248,000 nucleotides of DNA from Octopus vulgaris (lineage: Eukaryota): contig OX597817.1 of NCBI GenBank assembly GCA_951406725.2, forward strand, positions 117,820,001 to 118,068,000, given 5' to 3'. The translations under genes and the position numbers were made by a program. Positions 151,806-167,251 of the stretch are shown here, one piece after another. Within the stretch, counting starts at the first letter, position 1, and every line of letters begins with the position of its first letter. The notes below the pieces were generated by a model. The model ran no database searches, was not told where the DNA came from, and saw nothing but the letters and a program-made list of their open reading frames with translations.

Positions 151806-154800
151806 GATACATAGATACATAGATACATTTATATATATATAGTGATTTGATAATCGATATCGTTAGAATAAGCACCATACTTTAAAAAATAAGTACTTCG
151901 ATTTTGTCGACTAAGCCCTTCAAGGTTCCGCGCGAGGATGACTGTGTTCCAATGACGAAAACAAGTAATGTATAAACGACAAAAGACACCAAGCCTATAT
152001 GGCATGTTGTTTATTTACCAGCTACCAATTATGTATATTTTTCTAGTATGTCCATATATTGAAGTAGTGTTGCCGTGTTCAAATTTAATTAGTTACCACA
152101 AGTCTTCGGTTATAAAGATGCAATCGTTATTTTCATATAATATTTTATTAATAACATAATCATAAATTATTATTTATGGCATATTTGCTTTGTAAATAAT
152201 ACTATTATTCTTTTAAATTCTTCTTATTACACTGATTCTTTGTAGCGTTTATATTGATGCCAACTCAGAAAATTACTAAGAATTCTAAAAATGTTAAAAG
152301 TATTTTTTGCTGCTGTCTCATTTATAATTATGTGATATTTCCCATTATATTTGCATACCGTTTTACAATATATTGTATGCCATTTTAATTATATTTAGTA
152401 TAGAAAATAATGCATAATATTTAAGATATTTATTTACCAAATCAAACAATTTATTTGAATTCCTACTCTAATATATATAACTATAACGATTGTAATCGCA
152501 TAAGATTTTACTCTTTTCCATTCTCAGACACTTGTACGTACTAATATTATATTTTATGAGCATTTCAGTTGCATACAAATCTAAAATCAATATTATCACA
152601 CCAATACGAAAGCATGTATGCGCATCTGCCTGTACGCGTGTCTTTGTATGTGTGTATGTGCATGTGTATTCATGAACGTATGATTTTGTCCACTTCCTTA
152701 TTTTTCTATACAATTTTCCCTAAAAACGGTAAGCCCTATGGGGGAAATTTAGATAACAATTATGATTTGGATAACTATTAATATATTCAATTTTAGCGAA
152801 ACTCTTACATAAAGAGCAAATCCGTTTCGCTTAAACAGTGAAGCTACAGGAAAGAGATGTTATGTGACTGATAGTTGTAATGTAGTTGTAATACGGGAAA
152901 GAAAATAATAGGCAGTGCTGAAACATTGTCAGTTTGTGACGTTCGAGTGATATGATTAAAATCGTAATATTCTAGTCTTCGTAGGCACAGAACTTGAACT
153001 CACATATCAATTCTAAACTTTACACATTGGTTCTTACGAATATCATTCATAAATATCTAGTTTTTCTGGATCAATATCATACATTGCGGCCGTTATTATT
153101 TTACTTTATGTTTCATTTAGACAATATTTTCAATTATTTTTGCTATTCACTCTTAATTCATAAATGATTTTTATCTATACATATCTATTGCTCGTACATA
153201 TTGATGCGTATCTTGCTAGTAGATTTGTTACTAACCTAAGCATGCTTTTAAAATAGTACACCCTATGGAAAATATTAGGATTACAGCTTCGGATAGAGAC
153301 TAATGTAGTCTTCGATCATGCTGCGCGTGAAATAAACTTCTCTGGGAGTGTTTAACAAATTGTTTGAAAATAGATATATAGAAAAATTTTCTTCAGTGGC
153401 CACTTGATAAATACAATAAGAATCGAAACACATGGATAATAAAACATCTAAAGGATCTCAATTTGCACATAAGCATCTTCACGAAATCATAATTCAAATT
153501 TGCCCATTTAATACGCATAAAGTTTATGAGTATTTCCAACATTACGTTTGTAGATATATACATATTTGTATGGGGATTTGTTTCAACTTATATATTTATA
153601 ATAAGGGGAAAATGTATCAAAGTAAAGTCCTAAAAGATAACAAGTCCAGAGGTAGAAGATTACATACAAATATGCTTAGAATATTAGTGATGAAAACAAT
153701 GGAATCAGGATATATAAATTGTTATGAATTCTAGTGAGATACGTAGAATCTATTTGTAGATTGAAACAGAATGTATGAATTAGAGGAAAATAATTATTTA
153801 TAACTAGCAATGAATCATGGCGTTGCCCGAGTGTTATGACCTACACGTATATTGTATTATTTGCTCCTTTTTTATGGGCAGAATCGGTACAGCTGTTATT
153901 GTTTGTTTAAAAGTGAAGGGCGAGGGTACAATTTGCATGAAAATGCTTTTTGTTCTTAAGAAGTATCAGAAACTATGTATTGTTCCATCGTATAAAAGGG
154001 GGTTAATACGACATTATCCAGAAATCACGTTTCCAATATTTTAATTTCCCCCCAATCCCCACCGCAATTTCTTAGTTTGTAACTTTTTTCTATTTTTTTC
154101 CTTACTAGGTATAAAAATAACGAGATTACGAATCTGGGGAATATATATATATATGTATATATATACATATTTTAAAGTTTAATTTTTCTTGAAGAAAAAC
154201 TCAATGCTCCTTCCTCCACCTCGCCAACCAATCACCTATCAGCTTTCCAAAAAGCTAAAATCTCCCAATCTTGCACTTTCGGCTGATGTTTCCTGCGTGC
154301 GTAGAATTCTACTGAAATAGGAGACTTAAAAAATACCAGACGAATACCATAAAACCACCCGACATGCTAGAAACAACAGACATTATTTCTGAAGAAACTT
154401 CCCCGTTTTCCAAAAAGCTAAAAGTGAAACATTGGGAGTGTGTAGCTTTTCGAAAGTGGTAGGTGATGGGTAAAATTCTTAAAGGTTCGTACTCTCTGGT
154501 TTTTTTCTCCATGGATAACTAAGGATAAAAATTTGAAAGCAGTCAAAAATTAATTGGGTGCGGAAAACGCATTTTGTCGGTGAACTCCTAATCGCCTGTA
154601 TCGCAAACATAGGAATCGGAAGAAATTTAGGAAAAGAAATAAGGGGTGGGGACGGAAATGTCCCCTGGGACATTCTAGAAAGAAGACATAAAGGACAGGA
154701 TTTCTAGGAAAACTTCCTTGTTAGTTTATATCAGTTTTTTAAATACGCTCATCAAAAACACAAATTACACGATAGAAAAAGATAATTTCAGTTGGATTTG

Positions 154801-157800
154801 AGCCGTAAATTTACGCGTGCACGCTGCAAGAAATAGAATAATTCGCACAGAAGCTTCACCTGGAGTGTGTGTATTCCAAAGGAAGTTATTTTATGGTATT
154901 CTTTCTCAAAGTTGTCAACTCGATATATATGGAATCATATGATTTATCGTTAATTTCCGTAATTTTCTTTAATTTGTGTATGCGTTGAAGACAGCAGAAA
155001 TTGGAAGAGGGGATAAAGTGAAAAGGCCGCATTTGCTTTGAAGTGACAAGAGAAAATAAGAGAGATGATAAAGCATAAGATGTACATGTATATGAAATGG
155101 ATGTGTGTGTGTGTGTGAGAGAGACAGAGAGAGAGAGAGAGAGTGAGGGAAGGCATGTGTTGTAATATATGAAGTATTTTTATGTATGTGTATGTGGCAC
155201 TCACTCGCTCTCGCTTCCCTCTTTCACACACACGTTATATTTCTCATACACGTAAATAGCGGAGGTAAAGAACACGGACATCACCCGATTTCGGCGAAAC
155301 CGTAACATAAACACCGGGAGTTCGTATTCTTTACCTTCACCCATAAATGCATATGCATACATCTTTTTTGTGCTTGAGAGAGAGGGAGAGACAGTGAGTG
155401 TATTTCGTCATGAAATATAGAAAATTCGATGTCTGTTAATGCAATTGTTTTTGGTTGTGGTTTATTTTAATGCAGTCTTTATGTGTCCATTTTCATAAAT
155501 GTTTGAGACATCGGACGACAGTGAAACATTAGAAGCAAATCGAAATATTGTCCGAATATGACCTCAAAACTGTGCGACCCTAACCAAGTTGCCGAGGTTA
155601 TTTTAGATGTAAAAAATTGTTGCGTCAAAAAAATTATTTGTTAGATAGATAATAAGCAGCTTTCTTTATTATAATACACATGTGACTAATTTGGAGAAAC
155701 ATTAATTTCATTATTCTCACATCGTCACTCTCGTAATGTAACACTGTAATCTTGGTTCAAATTGAAAGTGAAACTATTTTCATTTTCTAATGAATTCTGG
155801 TCGTTGTAAAGAAGTCTATTTGAAATAACTATAGTTGGCTGTTGAGATAACGTAGAAGACATGTAAATGAAATTAAAGTTTGAAATATGTAATTGATTTA
155901 ATTGTTCTGGTCTTAACATCAGTTGGTAAGAATAGAAGTTATTTGACGACACCTTTTTTTGCTTTTAATTGACACTCCAGTTGACGGTTCAATTCGTAGG
156001 CTATCGAAATGACACCCATTTTGTCTTTTCCATAGAATAAGAGTATACTGGAGAGCATGATAAGAGGGATGAGTTTGTGAAACACATTTAAGGTTGTTAT
156101 CTCGAACACAATGAGAATAACATGATTTTCATGGAGTTCACCAACCATAAAAATGGCTCTTTCTTTAGATGTGGGCTCATTAAAAGAGCGTAAAATGCTC
156201 TTTACTATAGTATACTAAAGACGTAAGGAGCGCAGAAACACACACACACATAAAATTGATAATATTCAAAACAGTAAAATGTACACACACTAAATGTAGT
156301 CAATATAGATGCAAAACATACTTTATGTAGCATAGTTATGCTATACAAAAATAGAAAACCACCAGTTTAGAAAAAGTTACTGTGTCACGAACGTAACAAG
156401 GTACAAAAAGTCAACATTTATTTGTGATATGTACTAAAAGTTATAGAATTCAAGATTAAATATCACGGTGAAGAAAGTGAAAGAGCAAGAAAATTCAGAA
156501 GGCATAATTCAATTTTTCATACAAAAATGATTTATCTTACAATTCTGAAACGAACGGTGAACCAATTGCATAGAAAAGAAAGTGTTGCTGTTGTGAACGT
156601 TAATTTAAGATATTTGCTGAAGGATGTACATAGCAAGATATAAATTAATTTGACATTACATTATATTTTTTAACTGTGTAACACTATAGACTGTAGAATA
156701 AATACTGACTAACGCAGTAAGAATGTTCTGCGCCATTCATACTTACAGTGATGCAGAAGCTTTGGAGGAATGTAAAAGTAATCTTTAAACTCTTTTCGAA
156801 TTTGTTATAATAACCAAAATAACACTTTTTCCGGATATATTTGAGAGTATTGTGAGTGCTGTTAAATCAGCAATATCTTTATGTTCGTAGTACTTGAAAG
156901 TTGTTGTTCGTTTAAAATTCTGGCCCCAGCTAAACTTTCAATATAGGTGCGTTTTGGTGTTGGGCAGGAGTTTGTCACATACGTAAACTAAGACACACAG
157001 ACACACACACATACATTAACGCACGCTTGAAGCCTATCTCTGCCCCTGTGTGTGTCAGTCGTCGCAAAAATGTATGTATACTAACAGACGCATTCACTTT
157101 CACATACATATACTTGTTAGTCATCGGCCTAACATACGTAACACTCAAATAGAAAAGGTGACGCCATCGTCGCTACGGTGGTGAAATAAAATGTCGTTTA
157201 CGACAGGTAACTAAAAGAAAAATGACAATGTTAATTTTTTGTTATGCAAATATTTGAATGAAAATATGGTTTAGTTCGCAGCTAAAAACCTACTGTATCT
157301 TTTCATACCCAATACATCAAAATCGACAACTCGGATTTGGAATGCATAAGGAACATATGCGTACACACGCACACAGACAAACTCTCTTTTATAGATATAG
157401 ATAAACAGTGGTCTCTTCTGTATTATACAAATGAGCATAAAGAAATAATGGATAAAAAGTTTCAAAGACAGTATAGTCAGGTAACCTATTGTGATCAGGG
157501 GTGGTTTAAATGGATAAACCAAATAGTGCGACTCTGTGATAGCGTCAGATAAAAATTCACATGTCAAAATGTTACTGGTATGATTTTCCATGTTTTTTTA
157601 AGGCGTACTTTCTCAAACGGCAAAATTTAGTAAATATCACTTGTCTGCTATTCACACTGTTTGCAGATCTGTTAAATTTATCAACTGTGGAGTACTTTTC
157701 AACGAAGTATATCTATAAAAAAGAAGAACGAAAATGCTACATAAAAAAATGCATTTATATGAAATATGTAGAAGACGTTTTCGTAGCATTCCTAGTGGTA

Positions 157801-158196
157801 ATTTCGGCTGTTTTCTTCATGGCAAATTAAGTACTGTGGTCAGAATGGTTTTCAAAAAGGAGTGGCCGTAGTAGTCAATTAAGCAGTAGGAGCAATAATA
157901 GTCGTCGTAAAGTTATCTACCCTGAGGTCTTCACAGAAATGGATTTGTCTAATCTCTAATCTTTATTTCTTATGAATAATATACATGTATTTTCAGTGGT
158001 CTGAGCTTAAAGAATTTCAACTCGGTCGATACTTCCTTATGAAATGCACTTCGTTGCTAATGCGTTCATTTTTGGCTGGCACTGTCTTTGAATTTCTAAT
158101 TTGGAAAAGTTGTGAGTTTAGGATATTTATGGATGCACATCTGTCTATGTGTTCGCTGAAAGATATTTTCTTGTATTCCGAAATTCTAAATCTCTC

Positions 158197-158245
<49 letters not shown>

Positions 158246-158258
158246 TACATATATATAT

Positions 158259-158311
<53 letters not shown>

Positions 158312-158412
158312 TACATAAATACATACATACATGCATACATACATACATAAATAGATATATGTGTGTGTATAACTATGTATATGTAATAGTATATATATAT
158401 GCATATTATATA

Positions 158413-158483
<71 letters not shown>

Positions 158484-160325
158484 GTATGCATGTAACTATA
158501 TCGATATATATGTACCTACTTCCATACTAAATATTGGATATTGGATACAGTTTACTTAGATATTTCGTATCTGTTGACCATTTAAAATTTAACAGTATCT
158601 TCGATACTAGAAATTGTCATAACATATCTATAACTTTATATCTTTTATATCCAGCTTTTTTATAAAATTAATTGCATATTTCGAAATACTTGCGTAATAA
158701 ATTATTGTCTGTGTGTGCATCTATATATATATGTGTGTGTGTGTTTGAGTGGGAGTATGTATATACATGGCTGAGTGTTTGCCTGTCTATATATTTGTGC
158801 CTGCATGTGTACATAGGTTTAGCTATATATGCATTTATGTATATACATATGTACGTACGTATGTATGTGTGTATGTATGTCCCAGCTACATGGTTTCGTG
158901 TTTTGTCCCACTGTGGGACACCTTGGGCAATCGTCTTTTGGGGCAAGAACTTGTTCAGTGTATCTGGTAGACGGAAACTGGAAGAATCCCGCCATATATA
159001 TCTATATCTATATATATGTTTGTGTGGGTGTGTGTGTGTTTGTTCCTCACCACCGCTTGACAACCTGTGTTGGTGTGTTTACGTCCCCATGACTTAGCTG
159101 TTCCGTAAAGACACCAATAAAATAAGTACTAGGCTTAAAAATTCCTGCGATCCATTTGTTCGACCAATGCCCTTCTACTGGGCCGCAGTCAAATTACTGA
159201 AACAGATGTTACATAATATACACTTATTTTCTATCATCTTGCTTTCATTATTTTATTTCTTAATAATTTTAGATATATATTATGGATATATGTTTTGGAT
159301 TATTCATACGCTTTACCTAGTCTCTTAGAAGTTGTTGGCCAATTACATCTTAACCCTATTTCAGGTATTAACATTTGTTACAAAGTATCTGTGAGCTGAT
159401 TTCTTTTTATTTTATCCAGCTGTTTTATACCATTAATTATATCTTTCTAAGCACTTTTTGAATAAGTTCATCTCACTACATATCCTTCTGAGAAATTCTC
159501 ATCGCATTTGTTTAATTTATATAATTTTATATACTCCGACTTATTATTGTAATTCTGTTTTTACTTTCTCTTTCATCCTCACCCATTTTAATTTAACTTA
159601 CGCTTTATTTGTATTTTTATTGATATTAATCTCTATATTTCATAAACATATCTGCAAATTTCTCTCTCATTCCGTGAAATTTCATTTTCATTTCTCTCTC
159701 TATCATTAATGTCAGTAGGTTATTAACAACAATCCACCTAACCCCTCTCGCTCCTTCTCTCTTTCATATCGTACATCATCTGCACATTCGCCACCACCAA
159801 CCTTAATGTTCTTTTTAAAATCTTACAAAATCTCTCCCTCCGTTCTTTATAAAATAATCTCTTCCATACATTAAATATTGGAAGATGATCTTATGTATGT
159901 GTTACTGGAGTTGAAAGATTGATGTAACCATGATATTTTGTTGATCAAATGAACAAGACTTCTATATCTGCATTCGTTTGTAAAATGTACAATAGACCTA
160001 TGCTATTTATAACATACGCACAAGTGGAGACACGTAAAAAAATTTATTATACACTAATTTTGCATTGTGCTTGCTGCGAAACGGCCGTCATCCTATGGAT
160101 ATGTACTGGTGAAATAAATATATTCATCTCATATATCCTGACATTTTTTATATTTTATATACACGTCATAACACAATTTCTACTGATTGGGTTTACAGGT
160201 GTTCACTGCACAGGTTTCTACATTACATTCCTACGTATTGATTTACTATGTGGTCTGTAACCTTGTCCACTAAAGGAGCGTTTTTGTGATTACCACTGTA
160301 TTATATAAATCCATATATTGTACAT

Positions 160326-160376
<51 letters not shown>

Positions 160377-162046
160377 GGTGATTCAGCAGTTCAAACTTCC
160401 ATTTGCTAAGTGCATTATTTATTTGTACGCATTTGTGTTGTATGATGTAAAAACGTATCTATTATGAGATTTTTTTTAAATCTTTGAATGGTTGACGGAT
160501 CTTTATAGACTCTCCTCTACAAGTCAACAGGTATCATAATAAAATCTGTACATTATAATCTCAAGTGCTACACGCAAATTCATGAAAGTTTAGGAAATGC
160601 ATAAGAATACAAGACATTAAGAAAAAAATTGAATATATAATCACGTGAAACTTTTTGACATTTTTAACTGAACTCTGCCTGAATAAAAATGACTTATGGT
160701 TCTGTATATTTGACGCCAATATTTGTTTCGTTTTCATAATCTCTCTCTTACGCTCAGGTTTTTTTCTATCCTTTTACACACATTCTCTCTCACAAATGTG
160801 TCTATACTTTCAAGTATTTATGTTTCTGTCTATTTCCAGATATTTTGGCAGTTCTGCTTAATAGCAAATATATCTAGATATAATGTTGTGTTCGATTAAT
160901 CTTCTTTAATTTTAAAGTAATATAAAACTTACGTATTTTCGAATCAATGTTTACATATATGAATACAGTTTTATATATGTTTGTGTGTGCGTGGTTTCGT
161001 GTGATTTTGCTTGCTTTTAGAATTTTGTTATGTTTATATTTGCTTTCCAAACATATATTTGTACCATCCTCGTTATACCATTATATGTGAGAATTCATAA
161101 AGAGAAATAACTTTAGCTAGGAATTAGACATCATTGACAGTCTAGTGAGATTTAAATGCACACAAAAGTAAATTTGGACAACATTACGTTTTATGGGTGA
161201 CTAGAACTGGAGCCACTGGAACAAATAATCAAATTTTCTTTTATTGATATTGATTTTATTTTAATCTTCCAAACCACAAATATTTACACATAAATACGCT
161301 GGTTGTAACTCCAAGTTCAAAGGAATATTGAATTTTTAGTCCTGTATCATAAAAAAATGTTTAACAGAAAGAAATCATTTAAGTAGATTCACAAATATTT
161401 TAAATCAGTAAATTAAATTTTATTTTGGCGATATATACAATGGTTCGTAGTTTCTATTTAGTCCTGGAGATCTGCATTATTTAGGATTGTTCACATATTT
161501 CCGCGTAGTTCTACATTTATATTACTAAGTTTCAGAATTTCCTCCACTTCTGCAATTTTATCGACGTAAAAGTATTCGACTTCACTTCTAGATTTATCTG
161601 CAATATCTTATATACTTCGCAGGTAATACTAAAATCTAAAAACATTTTTAAAATTTAGTATCCATAAAATTTCCTAGATATGGGGAGCGCAAATATAATC
161701 AGATATGTCGGAATTTGATGTTCTTCCATTGTTGTCAGATGCTCGTAAGCAAATAAATGTAAACCTTAACTGCAACGAATATAATAATGGTAAGAAATTT
161801 AGTATACGTTAGAAGAATAAATATATATTTTTTAAGACATCATATGTCGTGTACTTTGTATCCAAAATATGTTTGTCTTAAGAGAAGTAAATTAATTCAC
161901 ATTCATACGCACAACATATAACGTCTCTAAAGTTTTGTTCAAATGACGCATAATTTCAAATTTTCCATCTCATTTCATTGGTGTAGACAGAAATACGCAT
162001 TTATGCATATACAAGTACACACAAATTATATATATATATATATATA

Positions 162047-162435
162047 GGCGTAGGAGTGGCTGAATACCAACCACATGATTCCGGGTTCAGTCTCACTGCA
162101 TAGCACCTTGGGCAAGTGTATTCTACTATTGCATCGGGCCGACCAAAGCCTTGTGAGTGGATTTGGTAGAGGGAAACTGAAAGAAGCCCGTCATATATAT
162201 ATATATATATATATACGTGTGTGTATATACGTGTGTGTATATGCTTGTGTGTCTGTGTTTGTCCCCCAAACATCGCTTAACAACCGATGGTGGTGTGTTT
162301 ACGTCTCCGTAACTTAGCGGCTCGGCAAAGAGACCGATACAATAGGTACTAGAGTTACAAAGAATAAGTTTTGGGGTATATTTGCTCGACTAAAGGCGGT
162401 GCTCGAGCATGGCCACAGTCAATTGACTGAAACAA
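162047..162435 (+). mobile_element. Octopus tRNA-derived SINE (OR-like)
   Basis: Same architecture as 148398-148803. Confidence 0.78.
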
Positions 162436-163696
162436 ATATTGCCACACATATAGGCACACACATAAACAAAATGTATATGTGTTTATGTGTCTATGCATTT
162501 GCGTGTGCGTGTATGAGAGCCTGGGTAGAGGGTTGGCTATCGGTTTATGACGATGAGGATGTTGTTGTTCGATTAAACTACCATTGAAATAAAGTATAGA
162601 TACTTGAATGTTTCATACATATACATGTATCGTTCACGTACTCCACGAACAAAGGATGCTTCTCATGTGGGTTGCTGATGTATTTCATTCATACCAATTC
162701 ATCTTCATTACTGGAAATTCTATATACTATTTTAAATATAAAATCTCTTTTCTCTTTCAGATTCGAGAACTCGACTGCATGTTAGTGGATTATGTCGCCG
162801 AAAATCAACGTAGCATACGTCCAAGAAGAGCACGAGGGCACGAGTTAGCAATCCACCATTTCAACATATTCACACAGTATACCTACCACCTGACAATCCT
162901 CGACGTCCTACTTGTGGCTGTCACAAACAACATCTCACTTTCTGCCGCTGTTACATACTAGGTTTTAATATTAAAAGACCGGTCAGTTTCACATAACTGC
163001 TTCCAACTAAACTGATTTCTTACCTCGCCCCAACCCGCCCCGCATTACACCCCCAACGTATTACATCATGCCTAGAAATACATCTCGGAAACTACGTACA
163101 TCTATTCATCTATATAAACTGAACATCGCACACACACGTACACTCTAGTGTGGTTACCACTTGCGGGACTACTAACTTCAGAAACACACGCGCTAACAGA
163201 CATTTTGAGGCAAACAGAACGCCAGCTGATGCCATCAAACAGATCTCTAGATATCACTTGCGCGTCAATTTTCAAGCATCTTTTTTCCACCTCTTTAATT
163301 TTCTCTGTCCTCTGTACTCTGTGTAAGTTTGACCTATTGAGATCAATTTCAATATATGTATACTTAAAAATTCATCAGCTGGAAATCTTCACATTTTGCT
163401 TTCTCACATTTTGCATGTATACATATATACATATTTTGTAATTTATACGCAAACTATGATATTAAATATATTTAATGTGTCCAATTTTTTTAATCCTCAT
163501 AATTGCATAATTGTCTCTATTCCCGCTCAACCTGATCCGTCTTATAGCCTTTCTGTACCTTGTGAATTCGATCCCATATGAAAACATCAATGTTGGAATC
163601 TTCTGAGTACTACGGAGTGTCTCTGACTCTCATCTATTGACTAAATATATGCACACGCACGCGCACACATACATACATACATACAGACACACACAG

Positions 163697-163753
<57 letters not shown>

Positions 163754-163953
163754 TTAGATAAAACCACTATTAGGCAAATCAAACAGTGAAAAACATAAAC
163801 CTAAATCTAATAGTGGTTTTATCTCTAATTTAATTTATATTTATACTGTAAAATTAGATTTAATCCTAAATCTAATTTTTTCCTGTAAGTTTGGATTTAC
163901 TCCCTAATATTATTATATATATATACATACATACGTACGTACGTACATTCACC

Positions 163954-163989
<36 letters not shown>

Positions 163990-164443
163990 CCGAAGATGAT
164001 ATTTGATAAATTCTTTTGTGTTTATATTTTTAAAAAATGATATTTATCACGTGAAACGTTGTGCGACTTCCGGTTATGTGACTGAATAAAGAGGTACAGT
164101 AAGCATATGCAATCATATTACTTCCAGTGTAGAATCTTTTATTTGAAAGTATGTGCATCACAATATATTTACATCATGCAGGCTTGAATTTCTTTACGTG
164201 CTATGATGTATCTTATTGTATTGTTAAATGATGCCATACAAAATACAGCTTTTCATCGCCCCCCCACACACACACACACACAAACACACACACATATATT
164301 ATTGCATCGTCCTCAACAAAATGTTGATATTCGGAAAGCATTTTCCATGATTTATGCTGGATGAATTTTACGTGCAACTGTACTGGCAATTAACAATTCA
164401 AAATATGAAGGTAAATAATATTTCTGACTATATATATATATAT

Positions 164444-164509
<66 letters not shown>

Positions 164510-165046
164510 AGCAGTCACGATATTTTCAGAAAACCTACAAAATACCGAGTGTACACAATAAAAAATAGAGGGTAAAACAGGTAGACAAAGAAGGACAAAG
164601 AGGCGGATTGATAGAGCTGATGTAGTATATATAATATATACAAAAACGTACACAAATTATAAACAAGAAGGTAGTAATACCGCAGTTGTAAGAAAACAAG
164701 AGAAAATGCGGTAACAAGAAGGAAAAAAAAAGAAAAGAAGAGGGAACGAAAAAAGGAAAACTAAAAACAAATAAAAATTACTCTTAGTAAGAAGCTAACA
164801 TACGGACGTGAGAGCTTCAGGCGCAACACACTTCAATGATAATGCTGTAGAAAGAAAGATTTTCTGAGCATTCCTGTTGGTCAATAAGGTTTTTGACAAT
164901 GCTTGTAGTCCCACTGATCTGCCCACTTAAGCAAACACATTGAGACACACACAACTCTCTTTCTCTTTCTCCTTCTCTTTCCTCTCTCTCTCTCCCACTC
165001 TGTTTCTCTGTCTGCTTGTCTGTCTGTCTGTCTCTGTCTCTCTCTA

Positions 165047-165113
<67 letters not shown>

Positions 165114-165245
165114 ATATTTCGGAATGGTCATATTGCCAGTTTAGCCAATAAAAACACACGCACTATATATTTGGTGTTGTTTTGCTTCAGTGATATTTCA
165201 ACACACGACTTCACATAAAAAATCTTGCACAACAAATATTTAAAC

Positions 165246-165467
<222 letters not shown>

Positions 165468-166558
165468 AGAGAGAGAGAGAGAGGAAGATAGCTAGCTAGT
165501 TCGATAGATGCATGGATAAATGAATAGATAAATATAGATGTGGCTAGCTTATGGGGTAACCCAGTGTTTCACGTCCATAAAGCGCTTAGCTTATTAGCGT
165601 ATGTTCAGACTCTGAACCTGTTGGCCTGATTTGACCAGGTTTAGGGTCTGAGGAAACTGACCATATCTATCTTTATCTATATATCCTCTGCTGCTCTATA
165701 ACTTAGAGTATGCTTCTTTTTCGGATTCAGGATTTACTGACGATCACCAGCGCACTGCTCACATATACACACATACACACACACACACACATATATACAT
165801 GCACATACTCATACACACACACACGGACACACTCACACACACCCGTACACGCAATCACAGACACACACTCGTACACACATGCCCTCCCATACACACATGG
165901 ACACGCGCACGCATATGTATGCTCATGCTCACGCACAGATAGATAGCAATTTATTCAACATTTATCGAGCATAGAAGACGGTTTAGCTGTCTTTGAGAGA
166001 ACCATTATATGGATGAATGTGTGCGTTTGTGAAGAAAACAAAGAGAAAACCAAAACCGCTATCTTATGTATAAAAAAACTGATATAGTCAGTATTTAAAG
166101 CACACACATTTACGTTTAAACACACACACACATACAGATATACACACACTGACACAATCATCTCTGACAGGTTTCAGATGAATCTCAACGCAGGAATATA
166201 AGTTGAAAACATATGGTGGTACAGCGAGACGTGTCACTGGAGATTGCAAAAATGTGATGAAATAATTATTTGACAAATGAAAAAAAACATGACAACACGA
166301 ACAATACTAAACATGTGAAAGATTTAGCTGTTTGAACAAAATGTTTAACATATGGGTTTGTTAAACTAGTAAAAAAAACGGCTGATCGATAAATTGGTTA
166401 ACGGAGTAACTAAACCATTAATTAACAATAACAATAACGGATCGAACCAGTGCGTGTGTTTATTATTACCGGCATAGTGCTCCTCCCAAGGTTCAGTAGC
166501 ATTTCTTTCAACACACGAATTCACATCAATAATCATGCAAACCGAGTACAAATACGAG

Positions 166559-166629
<71 letters not shown>

Positions 166630-166636
<7 letters not shown>

Positions 166637-167120
166637 TAATATTAAGGGATCAGCAAAAGAAATGCATCACCACATACCGAAGTTCAGAAATAGCAGCCAA
166701 AATCTAAGCCATTTCTTCTACTTAAAAAAAGGTCTACTAGAGAAACCATAATACTTGAATCTTATTCATCCAGGCAAAGGGTATCGTAAAGAAAATCAAT
166801 CAATATCCGATTATCCATAGACGCGCGTTTCGGAATTAAGTTTTAAATAAAGAATATCCAAAAATATAAACTTTACTAACCACATTCCTTCTCAGTATGG
166901 ATTTTCTGCAATAATCCGAAGGTACTAAAACATTAGAACGACTCCTACATTGAAGGAGTTTATATTTTTGGATATTCCTTATTTAAAACCTAATTCCGAA
167001 ACGCGCGTCTATGGATAATCGGATATTGATTGATTTTCGTTACGATACCCTTTTGGCTGCTATTTCTGAACTTCGGTATGTGGTGATGCATTTCTTTTGC
167101 TGATCCCTTAATATTAGTAT
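166630..167120. repeat. Fold-back element with rearranged inverted arms, carrying an HHR
   Basis: 166630-166700 and 166775-166875 are matched in reverse complement by 167055-167120 and 166958-167055. Confidence 0.75.
166815..166900 (-). ncRNA. Candidate type I HHR with large stem II loop (core missing one nt)
   Basis: CCATA-CTGAGAA-GGAAT(~55 nt)ATTCC-GAAA-CGCGCG-TC-TATGG: 5-bp stems I and II, palindromic stem III, GUC triplet. Confidence 0.55.
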
Positions 167121-167215
167121 TACTAGAATTTACCGTATAACGGTCCTGTTTTCATACCGAATTCTACTTGGGAAATTTATTGATTACTTCGTAATTAATT
167201 AGTTTTACTCTTAAT

Positions 167216-167251
<36 letters not shown>

